Positions 27,912 to 35,942 of a DNA stretch of 51,363 bases are shown in pieces; the stretch's first letter is position 1; each line of letters begins with the position of its first letter. The DNA is from an uncultured Chlamydiae bacterium (GTDB lineage: Bacteria; Chlamydiota; Chlamydiia; Chlamydiales; CALBHK01). The DNA lies in assembly GCA_937894565.1 (NCBI GenBank), contig CALBHK010000397.1, positions 1-51,363 of the forward strand, read 5' to 3'. A program made the position numbers and the translations under genes. Below the pieces are notes generated by a model that was not told the origin of the DNA, ran no database searches, and saw nothing but the letters and a program-made list of their open reading frames with translations.

Positions 27912-30900
27912 TGATTGAAAAAATTCTAAGATTTTCTATCCACTATCCTCTGGCTATCATTCTATTCACCTTAGTCGTGACTGGATTTGGTATCTATTCA
28001 TTTACTCGTCTTCCGATAGATGCTGTTCCAGATATCACTAACAATCAAGTCCAGATCAATACAACGTTACCAGGATTTTCTCCCATCCAAATAGAAAAAC
28101 AGGTGACTTATGTCATTGAAACCGCATTAGCAGGCATCCCTGGCCTACAGATGACGCGATCTATTTCTAGAAATGCTTTTTCTCAAGTCACCGCTATTTT
28201 TGATGATGATGTGAATATCTATTTTGCTCGGCAACAAATTAATGAACGCCTAAGTGAAATCAAAGAAAACCTTCCACAAGGTGCAGATCCAAGAATGGGA
28301 CCTGTATCTACAGGACTGGGTGAAGTTTATATGTGGACTGTAGATTTTAAGCATCCTAATGGAAAAGGAGCAGAACTTAAAGAAGGATCACCAGGTTGGC
28401 AGAAAGATGGAAGATATCTATCCCCAGAAGGTCAATTCTTAAACACAGATATTGAAAAGGCTTCTTATTTAAGAACAGTTCAAGACTGGATTGTCAAACC
28501 TCAGTTGAAAGGAGTTAAAGGATTAGCTGGTGTCGATTCTATTGGAGGATACGTCAGACAGTATCACGTAGAACCAAACCTTGAGCGTATGATTGCTCTT
28601 GGTTTAAGCTTTGATGACATTATTTCTAGCTTAAAAAAAAACAATGCCAGTGTTGGACCTGGATATATTGAAAAGAAGGGAGAAAGCTTACTTATCAAAT
28701 CGGATGAGCGTTTAGATGCTCCTATCCAAATCGAAACCATTGTTTTAGCGACAATAGAAGGTATCCCAATTCGAGTCAGGGATATTGCGGAAGTTATCAT
28801 CGGGAAAGAGATGCGGACAGGTAGCGCTAGCAAGGATGGTCACGAAGCAGTGGTTGGAACCGCTTTGATGTTGATTGGAGCAAATAGCCGAACGGTATCC
28901 CAAGCCGTAGATGAGAAACTCAAAGAGATCAATAAAACACTTCCTTCAGATATCGAAGCCAAAGCTGTTTTAAATCGTACTAAGCTTGTAAATGCAACCA
29001 TTAAAACGGTAGTAAGCAACCTAGGTGAAGGAGCCATTCTAGTCATTGCAGTGTTATTTTTATTTCTAGGTCAATTTAGAGCAGCATTGATTACTGCTAT
29101 GGTAATTCCTCTCTCCATGCTTATGACAGCCACAGGTATGGTTCAGTCCAAGATTAGTGGAAACCTAATGAGTCTTGGCGCTATTGACTTCGGTTTAATC
29201 GTTGACGGGGCTGTGATTATTACCGAAAACTGTTTAAGGAGATTAACGCAAAAGCAACATGAGCTTGGAAGAACTTTAGAGCTTAGTGAACGTCTGCAAG
29301 AGGTTTTAACAGCAAGCAAAGAGATGATTCAACCAACTGTATTTGGACAAGCCATCATTATCACCGTTTATATTCCTATTTTAACTCTTACCGGAGTTGA
29401 AGGAAAAATGTTTCACCCTATGGCCATGACAGTCATTTTCGCTCTGGTATCAGCATTTGTGCTTTCCCTTACCTTTGTACCTGCCATGATCGCTGTTTTT
29501 GTTAAAGGTCATTTAAAAGAGAAAGAAAATAAAATAGTTGAGTACTCAAAAAGGATTTATAGCCCGATTTTAGATCAATCCTTGAAATTCCCTTGGTGGA
29601 CTATATCTTCCGGCGTTGTCATTTTTGCCCTGTCTCTTATCTTATTTTATCAACTAGGGCAAGAATTTGTTCCAACTCTTGATGAAAGAGACATTGCCAT
29701 GCATGCAGTGCGAATCCCAAGCACTTCCCTCACTCAATCAACTGAAATGCAAACCATGGTTGAGAAAACGATCAAGAAATTTCCTCAAGTTGCTTATGTA
29801 TATTCTAAAACAGGAACTGCAGAAATGGCTTCAGACCCGATGCCACCTAATGTTTCTGATACATTCATCATTCTTAAACCAAGAGAGGAGTGGCCAGAGC
29901 CTAATTTAGACAAAACAAACTTGATCGAACTGATCCAAACTGAAGTAAATAAAATACCAGGAAATAACTATGAATTTACTCAACCTATTGAAATGCGATT
30001 TAATGAATTGATTTCTGGAGTAAGAAGTGATTTAGCTGTGAAGATTTATGGAGATGATTTTGACGTTATGCAGAGAGCAGCAGATCATATTGCTAATATT
30101 CTTAGAAAAATTCCTGGATCAGCTGATGTTAAAATAGCTCAAACAAAAGGATTACCTGTTTTAGACGTGAAAATCGACAGAGAAGCAGCCAGTCGCCTAG
30201 GTATTAATGTTTCTGAAGGATTAGATGTTTTAGCTATAGCAGCGGGAGGGGGAAAAGCAGGACAAATTTTTGAAGGTGACCGTCGCTTTGATATATTGGT
30301 TAGACTTCCAGAAACACAGCGGGAAGATATTAAGGCATTAGGAAACCTACCAATTCCACTCCCTGTAAAGGAAAATTCTGGAAATAAGACCAAGGCGCAC
30401 TTTCCTTATGTCCCCTTAAGCGAAATAGCTGAACTTAAAGTTTCTGAAGGATTGAATGAAATTCGTCGAGAAGATGGGAAGCGTTTTATTGCTGTTCAAG
30501 CCAATGTACGTGGAAGAGATTTAGGATCTTACGTCGAAGAAGCTAAGAAAAAGATTCAAGACGAAGTCAAGATACCAGATGGCTATTGGCTCAATTGGGG
30601 TGGACAGTTTGAAAATTTGATTTCAGCTAGACAACGTTTATTTATTGTTGTTCCCATTTGCCTAGGTCTTATATTTCTTCTACTATATACCGCTTTTAAC
30701 TCAGTACGCTATGCACTATTAGTTTTTAGTGGAGTGCCTCTTGCTTTAACAGGCGGAATCGTTGCTCTCTGGATAAGAGATATGCCTTTTTCAATTTCTG
30801 CAGCCGTTGGATTTATTGCTTTATCTGGAATAGCTGTTCTCAATGGACTTGTTCTCATCACATATATTAATCAGCTTCTCGCCGAAAAAGATGACCTTAA

Positions 30901-31165
30901 TTTAGCCATAAAAGAAGGATCCCTAACAAGGCTTCGTCCAGTTCTCATGACAGCTTTAGTGGCTTCCTTAGGATTTGTGCCAATGGCACTTGCGACTGGA
31001 ACAGGGGCTGAGGTTCAAAAACCTTTGGCGACAGTCGTCATTGGCGGATTGATTAGCTCAACCCTTCTTACACTAATTTTGCTACCTGCTCTTTATCATA
31101 CTTTTTCTCCCGCCCACTATAAGAAAAGCAAATACTTAAATTTTAACGGAAATGACAAATCATGA
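27911..31165 (+). CDS. czcA: Heavy-metal RND efflux pump, CzcA family
   Basis: 1084 aa. The N-terminus RLPIDAVPDITNNQVQINT..PG.SP...E..VTY.IE.A.AGIPGL...RS.S....SQVT.IF.D....YFARQ.INERL aligns with CzcA as I recall it. TGATG junction with czcB. Confidence 0.9.
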   Translation: MIEKILRFSIHYPLAIILFTLVVTGFGIYSFTRLPIDAVPDITNNQVQINTTLPGFSPIQIEKQVTYVIETALAGIPGLQMTRSISRNAFSQVTAIFDDDVNIYFARQQINERLSEIKENLPQGADPRMGPVSTGLGEVYMWTVDFKHPNGKGAELKEGSPGWQKDGRYLSPEGQFLNTDIEKASYLRTVQDWIVKPQLKGVKGLAGVDSIGGYVRQYHVEPNLERMIALGLSFDDIISSLKKNNASVGPGYIEKKGESLLIKSDERLDAPIQIETIVLATIEGIPIRVRDIAEVIIGKEMRTGSASKDGHEAVVGTALMLIGANSRTVSQAVDEKLKEINKTLPSDIEAKAVLNRTKLVNATIKTVVSNLGEGAILVIAVLFLFLGQFRAALITAMVIPLSMLMTATGMVQSKISGNLMSLGAIDFGLIVDGAVIITENCLRRLTQKQHELGRTLELSERLQEVLTASKEMIQPTVFGQAIIITVYIPILTLTGVEGKMFHPMAMTVIFALVSAFVLSLTFVPAMIAVFVKGHLKEKENKIVEYSKRIYSPILDQSLKFPWWTISSGVVIFALSLILFYQLGQEFVPTLDERDIAMHAVRIPSTSLTQSTEMQTMVEKTIKKFPQVAYVYSKTGTAEMASDPMPPNVSDTFIILKPREEWPEPNLDKTNLIELIQTEVNKIPGNNYEFTQPIEMRFNELISGVRSDLAVKIYGDDFDVMQRAADHIANILRKIPGSADVKIAQTKGLPVLDVKIDREAASRLGINVSEGLDVLAIAAGGGKAGQIFEGDRRFDILVRLPETQREDIKALGNLPIPLPVKENSGNKTKAHFPYVPLSEIAELKVSEGLNEIRREDGKRFIAVQANVRGRDLGSYVEEAKKKIQDEVKIPDGYWLNWGGQFENLISARQRLFIVVPICLGLIFLLLYTAFNSVRYALLVFSGVPLALTGGIVALWIRDMPFSISAAVGFIALSGIAVLNGLVLITYINQLLAEKDDLNLAIKEGSLTRLRPVLMTALVASLGFVPMALATGTGAEVQKPLATVVIGGLISSTLLTLILLPALYHTFSPAHYKKSKYLNFNGNDKS

Positions 31166-33039
31166 ACTTACCACAAGATACAAAATTCCGATGGCTGATC
31201 TTCTCGCTTGTATTAGTAGCAGTATTTGAGGTTCTTTCTTTGTCTGGTTGGGATTTACCACATGTAATTGCCATCCCATTATTTTTATCTATTATTCTTT
31301 TTATTGGCCATCACACCTTGCTTGAAGGATTTCAAGCTCTATTCCAGTTAAATTTCAAAAGCATCAATTTTCTGATGACAATTGCTGTAATTGGAGCTTT
31401 TTACTTAGAGAAATATGAAGAAGCCGCAATTGTAATTGTTCTGTATAATCTTGCAGAAAAACTTGAAGACCTTGGAATACAACAAAGTAAAACATCTCTT
31501 AGCAGCCTGGCAGAAAAAATGCCTAAAACCGCCTTCATCAAGGGAAGGGAGTATCCTGTTCCGGTTAGTCAAGTAAAGATTGATGATGTGCTAGTGGTAA
31601 AGCCGGGAGAAATGATTCCTTTGGATGGCAAAGTTCTTTTTGGATTCACAGCGGTTGATGAAGCGACGATCACAGGCGAGCCTATTGCAAAAGACAAAAT
31701 GGTAGGGGATTTCGTTTTTGCAGGGACATTGAATAAACAGGGTTATATTGAAGTTAAAGTGACTAAACTTTCAAAAGATACCACACTGGCAAAGATCCAA
31801 GAGATCACTCTTCAAGCCTTTCAAGCTAAAGCTCACACTCAGAAATTTATTGAAACTTTTTCAAGTTATTACACTCCTTCTGTCATACTCTTGGCTTTTT
31901 TATGGATGATCATTCCACCTTACTTTTTCTCAATACCTTTTGATCAGAGTTTTCAAAATGCACTAACTTTACTTGTCATTGCTTGCCCGTGTGCTCTAGT
32001 CATATCTACTCCTGTATCCATCTATTCAGCTCTCGGAAATGCAGCTAGTAAGGGCATTTTGATTAAAGGTGGCAGATATTTAGAAGCTATTGGGAAAATT
32101 AAGGCAATTGCTTTAGATAAAACTAGAACTCTCACGTTTGGCAATCCCATCGTAACGGATGTAATCCCATTTGGATCTAATACAAAAGAACATCTTTTAA
32201 GTTGCGCTGCTGGTATTGAAATTCAATCAGAACACCCTCTTGCTAAAAGTATTGTTCAAGCAGCTAAAGCAGAAAAATACGTACCACATTCTGTAGAAAA
32301 TTTCCAAATAAAAATGGGCAAAGGAGCCCAAGCTGATTGTCTAGTATGTGAAGATAAACATCACTGCATAGGAAAATTAGAATTCATTTTAGAAGAACAT
32401 CATGTCCCCCAAGAAGTTATTGAAAAAATGGATTTATTACAAAAAGAAGGAAAAACTGTCATCCTCATCTGCACTCACAAGGAAGTAGAAGGGGTAATAG
32501 GACTCTTGGATGAGGTTCGTCCAGAAAGTAAACAGGTAATCCTAAACATTAAAAGTCTTGGAATCATTCCTGTGATGTTAACAGGAGACAATCCCACATC
32601 TGCCCAGGCGATAGCTAAAATGGTAGGTATTGCTGATGTGAAGTCAAGCCTTCTTCCCGAAGACAAAGCAAAGGAAATACAAATCCTTTTAGATAAGTAC
32701 AAATCTGTTGCCATGGTAGGGGATGGGATTAATGATGCTCCTGCTCTAGCTCTCTCTAGCGTTGGAATTACAATGAGCGAATTGGGAAGTGATACAGCTA
32801 TTGAGGCCGCTTCTATTGTCATTCTCAGTGACTACTTAAACAGAATTCCATTCTTAATTAAGCTAGGCAGAAAAGCACTCCAAACAATTCGTTTGAATAT
32901 ATTTTTAGCCATAGCAATAAAACTCATTTTCATCACATTGGCATTGTTTGGAATGAGCAACTTGGCATTAGCCATTTTTGCTGATGTCGGGGTCACTGTG
33001 ATCGTTATCCTGAATAGTTTGAGGCTAGCGCATGCTTAA
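31162..33039 (+). CDS. P1B-type heavy-metal ATPase (ZntA/CadA-like, Zn/Cd/Pb subgroup), no N-terminal metal-binding domain
   Basis: 625 aa with an ATGA overlap to czcA. Motifs seen:
- TGEP
- CPC (VIACPCALV)
- SEHPLA
- MLTGDN
- GDGINDAPAL
- late-TM Lys (AIAIKLIF)
- late-TM Asp (FADVGVTVIVILNSLRL)

The phosphorylation loop reads DKTRT instead of DKTGT. Confidence 0.85.
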   Translation: MNLPQDTKFRWLIFSLVLVAVFEVLSLSGWDLPHVIAIPLFLSIILFIGHHTLLEGFQALFQLNFKSINFLMTIAVIGAFYLEKYEEAAIVIVLYNLAEKLEDLGIQQSKTSLSSLAEKMPKTAFIKGREYPVPVSQVKIDDVLVVKPGEMIPLDGKVLFGFTAVDEATITGEPIAKDKMVGDFVFAGTLNKQGYIEVKVTKLSKDTTLAKIQEITLQAFQAKAHTQKFIETFSSYYTPSVILLAFLWMIIPPYFFSIPFDQSFQNALTLLVIACPCALVISTPVSIYSALGNAASKGILIKGGRYLEAIGKIKAIALDKTRTLTFGNPIVTDVIPFGSNTKEHLLSCAAGIEIQSEHPLAKSIVQAAKAEKYVPHSVENFQIKMGKGAQADCLVCEDKHHCIGKLEFILEEHHVPQEVIEKMDLLQKEGKTVILICTHKEVEGVIGLLDEVRPESKQVILNIKSLGIIPVMLTGDNPTSAQAIAKMVGIADVKSSLLPEDKAKEIQILLDKYKSVAMVGDGINDAPALALSSVGITMSELGSDTAIEAASIVILSDYLNRIPFLIKLGRKALQTIRLNIFLAIAIKLIFITLALFGMSNLALAIFADVGVTVIVILNSLRLAHA

Positions 33040-33520
33040 AAAAATGTCACCCCTTGAAAGCGGAAGGAGACCTCTGCGATGGAGAGATTATCGATTTCTG
33101 CCGCTTGGGAAGCAGTATTAAAAAAGGCGACGCTAAGACACCGGTGATTGGGATAACAATGGACGATCCATATAAAATGGATCAGCGAGCCGGAGTTTTC
33201 CTTCGGTCATTGCAGGATTTAGAACGTTGTGTTGATGGATGGAGCGTTAAGCCTTGTGCAGGGAAAATATTTTCTCTCAATATGGCGGATGACGGTACTA
33301 TACAATCGCCTCATCGAATTCTTTTAGGACAGGTAGAAACTGCAAAAAATCCGAAAATTCCTATGGGACTTTAGTGACGTTCGTTTAAGCTCACCTTCTA
33401 GAAGGGGTCAAAAAATAGTTCACAAAAAGCCAAGTCTGCTTTTGCTGCTACTTTTTACATCTTAAAAATCGAGCATTAAACAGCCTCTTTTGCTGTTTCC
33501 TGCTACTTTTTTTAATACAT

Positions 33521-33565
33521 AAATCAAGCAGCAAACGGCTATTTTATCGATTTGCTGCTTGATTT
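33521..33565. repeat. 15-bp perfect inverted repeat upstream of the ATPase gene
   Basis: aaatcaagcagcaaa (33521-33535) and tttgctgcttgattt (33551-33565), with a 15-nt spacer, 50 nt upstream of the ATG at 33615. A direct repeat of cttttgctg..ctgctacttttt is also present at about 33436-33460 and 33484-33510. Confidence 0.7.
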
Positions 33566-33614
33566 TTCTTTCTATCCTAAGTATGCTCGTGCCATAAGGA
33601 ATGTAGGAGTTAAA

Positions 33615-35045
33615 ATGAAACCATCTCAGTTTATAGGACGTGAAGCCGAAATGACCCGGCTTAAAGGGCTTTTAGAAAAAAAAAGCGCTAGTCTTATTGT
33701 TGTCAGGGGTAGAAGACGTATTGGAAAAAGCAGGCTTCTTTCAGAATTTGGAAAAGAAATGAAAAGCTACTTCTTTTCTGGAAATCCTCCGGTTCGCAAA
33801 ACAACAGCCCAAACTCAGCGAAATGACTTTGCACGTCAGCTTGAGAGAGCAGGTATCCCTGGTGTTAAGCCAGATGATTGGAGCAATCTCTTCTGGTATC
33901 TCTCCAAGGAAACTAAAAAAGGTCGAGTTCTTATTGTATTCGATGAAATCTCATGGATGGGAGGAAAAGATCCTCATTTTCTAGGACACTTGAAAACTGC
34001 TTGGGATATGTATTTTAGCAAAAATCCACACTTAATTATTGCGCTTTGTGGATCCGTATCTTCATGGATTGAAAAAAATATCCTAAGCAATACAGGATTT
34101 TTGGGAAGAATTACCCTCGATCTTGTGCTTGAAGAGCTTCCATTAGAGGTTTGTAATGCTTTCTGGCATCCAAAAGAAAAGCGTATTACTCCTTATGAAA
34201 AGTTCAAGCTGTTATCCGTAATAGGAGGTGTTCCGCTTTATTTGGAACAAATCAAACCAAATCTTCCTGCAGAGCGAAATATCCAAGATCTCTGTTTTAC
34301 TAAAGGAGGATTGCTTGTGCGAGAATTCGATGAGATATTCTCTGATCTTTTTTCTCGTACTAAAGCTAGACATAAAGAAATTGTCCTCTGTCTTGCCAAT
34401 GGTCCAAAAGAGCTTGTTCAAATTTGCAATGAATTAGGGAAAAGTGTGGGGGGGATATTCAGTAAACATTTAGATGAATTGGTAAAAGCAGGCTTTGTAA
34501 AAAGGGACTTTACATGGGATCTAAAAAATGGAAAAGAAGGAAAACTGAGCCGTTATCGATTAAGTGATAATTATTTACGCTTTTATTTGAAATATATAGC
34601 TCCTAATCGTTCTAACATCGAAAAAGAAAGTTTTTCCACTTTAATAACCCAACTTCCTGGGTGGGAAGGTATCATGGGATTACAGTTTGAGAATCTTGTT
34701 GTCCATAACAGAAAAACTCTCTGGAAGATGTTAGGGATCTCTCCTGAGGAAATAATAATGGAGGGCCCATTTTTTCAGAGTCATACGACCAAGCAAGCCG
34801 GATGCCAAATTGACTATATGATCCAAACTCGCTTCCTTAATCTATATGTGTGCGAGGTTAAATTCTCTAGGAGTCTGGTCGGCAATAAAATCATTGAGGA
34901 AATGGAAAATAAAATAAAGAATTTAAAAATTCCTAGAAACTGCTCCATTAGACCTGTTCTGATTCATGTGAATGGGGTTGAGGAGAGTGTTTTGGATGAG
35001 AGATATTTTGATAAAGTAATCGATTTCGGACAACTTTTAGAGTGA
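33615..35045 (+). CDS. Stand-alone P-loop ATPase (archaeal-ATPase/DUF234-type) with PD-(D/E)xK-like C-terminus
   Basis: Start trimmed to the ATG at 33615 (GGAG 6 nt upstream; the track start is TTG). Walker A is VVRGRRRIGKS, Walker B is VLIVFDEISW. The C-terminus GLQFENLV...QIDYMIQT...LYVCEVKF resembles a restriction-endonuclease-like core. Confidence 0.7.
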   Translation: MKPSQFIGREAEMTRLKGLLEKKSASLIVVRGRRRIGKSRLLSEFGKEMKSYFFSGNPPVRKTTAQTQRNDFARQLERAGIPGVKPDDWSNLFWYLSKETKKGRVLIVFDEISWMGGKDPHFLGHLKTAWDMYFSKNPHLIIALCGSVSSWIEKNILSNTGFLGRITLDLVLEELPLEVCNAFWHPKEKRITPYEKFKLLSVIGGVPLYLEQIKPNLPAERNIQDLCFTKGGLLVREFDEIFSDLFSRTKARHKEIVLCLANGPKELVQICNELGKSVGGIFSKHLDELVKAGFVKRDFTWDLKNGKEGKLSRYRLSDNYLRFYLKYIAPNRSNIEKESFSTLITQLPGWEGIMGLQFENLVVHNRKTLWKMLGISPEEIIMEGPFFQSHTTKQAGCQIDYMIQTRFLNLYVCEVKFSRSLVGNKIIEEMENKIKNLKIPRNCSIRPVLIHVNGVEESVLDERYFDKVIDFGQLLE

Positions 35046-35060
35046 TATTTAACTTTTTTA

Positions 35061-35203
35061 ATCCCGAAATCGACACATTGCTGATTTCGGGATCAAAATT
35101 TTTGTTCATTTTTCGATCCCCAAATCGACATTTTGCAGATTTATGGACACATTTGAATTCTGAAAAAAGAATCAGCAAATCTGCAAAATGTCGATTTGGG
35201 GAT
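35061..35203. repeat. Cluster of three units of the ATCCxCAAATCGACA..TTTTGCxGAT family (one self-hairpin plus a 27-bp perfect inverted pair)
   Basis: Two structures:
- A hairpin, atcccgaaatc (35061-35071) pairing with gatttcgggat (35083-35093).
- A 27-bp perfect inverted repeat, 35116-35142 (atccccaaatcgacattttgcagattt) versus 35177-35203, with a 34-nt loop.

Mirror-image ORFs on both strands here are artefacts. Confidence 0.85.
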
Positions 35204-35277
35204 GGATCACTCTTTAATATTCCTTCCGGAAGCATTGACATAATTAATCATAAAAGCATTAGACACTTGCGTCATTA

Positions 35278-35631
35278 TCAAGAGAAACGAGGCGTATACT
35301 CAAGATCATTTTTGCTGGTCAATTTATGGTTATCTCCTTGCTCATATTGAGAATCGTTGATTAGCACTTTGAATTCACATAAATTAAATGACTTGTCAGT
35401 TTCCCAAACCCATTCGTTAGGCCGTGTATTCATTAACATTATTCCCTTATCCCAGCTGAGGTCAACCCCGCTCCCTCTAATAAAAATACTATTGTTAAAT
35501 CCCACATCATAATGAATCACAACACGAGTAAGCTCAGCTTTTGCTTTCTTTTTATCATTAGTTTGAACAGGACTAGAAGTTGTTGAATTTGTTTCTGATG
35601 GCTTTAAGGGTGCGTTTTTTGTAAGTGTCAT
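35278..35631 (-). CDS. Small protein with carbohydrate-binding-module-like beta-sandwich (putative glycogen/starch binding)
   Basis: 117 aa downstream of glgC on the same strand. VVIHYDVGFNNSIFIRGSGVDLSWDKG..M......W.WE.....CEFKVLINDS.YEQG.N resembles CBM20/25-type modules. Low-complexity N-terminus. Confidence 0.4.
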   Translation of the reverse strand: MTLTKNAPLKPSETNSTTSSPVQTNDKKKAKAELTRVVIHYDVGFNNSIFIRGSGVDLSWDKGIMLMNTRPNEWVWETDKSFNLCEFKVLINDSQYEQGDNHKLTSKNDLEYTPRFS

Positions 35632-35937
35632 ACATATCTCCTTTTAAATTTTTTAAAAACTTCAGTGCATCACAAAATAAATCCATCCGGTAGATGAGTC
35701 CCACGAGGGACAACGATAATCCCATCTCGAATACAAATTTTATCGTTACTATAATTCATCAATTTATCTTTGTTTATCAGCCGGACGTTATTTCCTATAC
35801 ACACATTTTTATCGATTATAGCGTGATCAATGATGCAGTTTTCTCCGATCATGGGATTGCTTGGAATGCCTTCATAACGTATTGGAGAAGAATAAAAATC
35901 ATTACCAATGATGTAGCTATTCTTAATGATTGAACCT

Positions 35938-35942
35938 TGCTT
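35938..35942. repeat. Target-site duplication (left copy, TGCTT)
   Basis: Identical pentamer directly abutting both IS inverted repeats. Corresponds to AAGCA in the glgC reading direction. Confidence 0.75.

Noticed and set aside
33054-33374. 106-aa ORF between the P1B ATPase and the P-loop ATPase.
   Set aside because: It has a TTG start without an RBS, the internal ATG at 33159 has only a weak GGGA upstream, and no family was recognised. It could be a gene relic or a real small gene. Too uncertain to list as a feature.
35061-35203. Possible CRISPR array, because of repeated ~25-nt units.
   Set aside because: There are only three units, arranged as inverted pairs rather than direct repeats. 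There is no regular repeat-spacer periodicity and no cas genes.
34948-35350. Overlapping ORFs 34948-35241 (-) and 35042-35350 (+), which encode near-identical peptides (SPNRHFADL, SAKCRFGD).
   Set aside because: The mirrored peptides arise because the DNA is a 27-bp perfect inverted repeat. This is non-coding repeat DNA, not genes.
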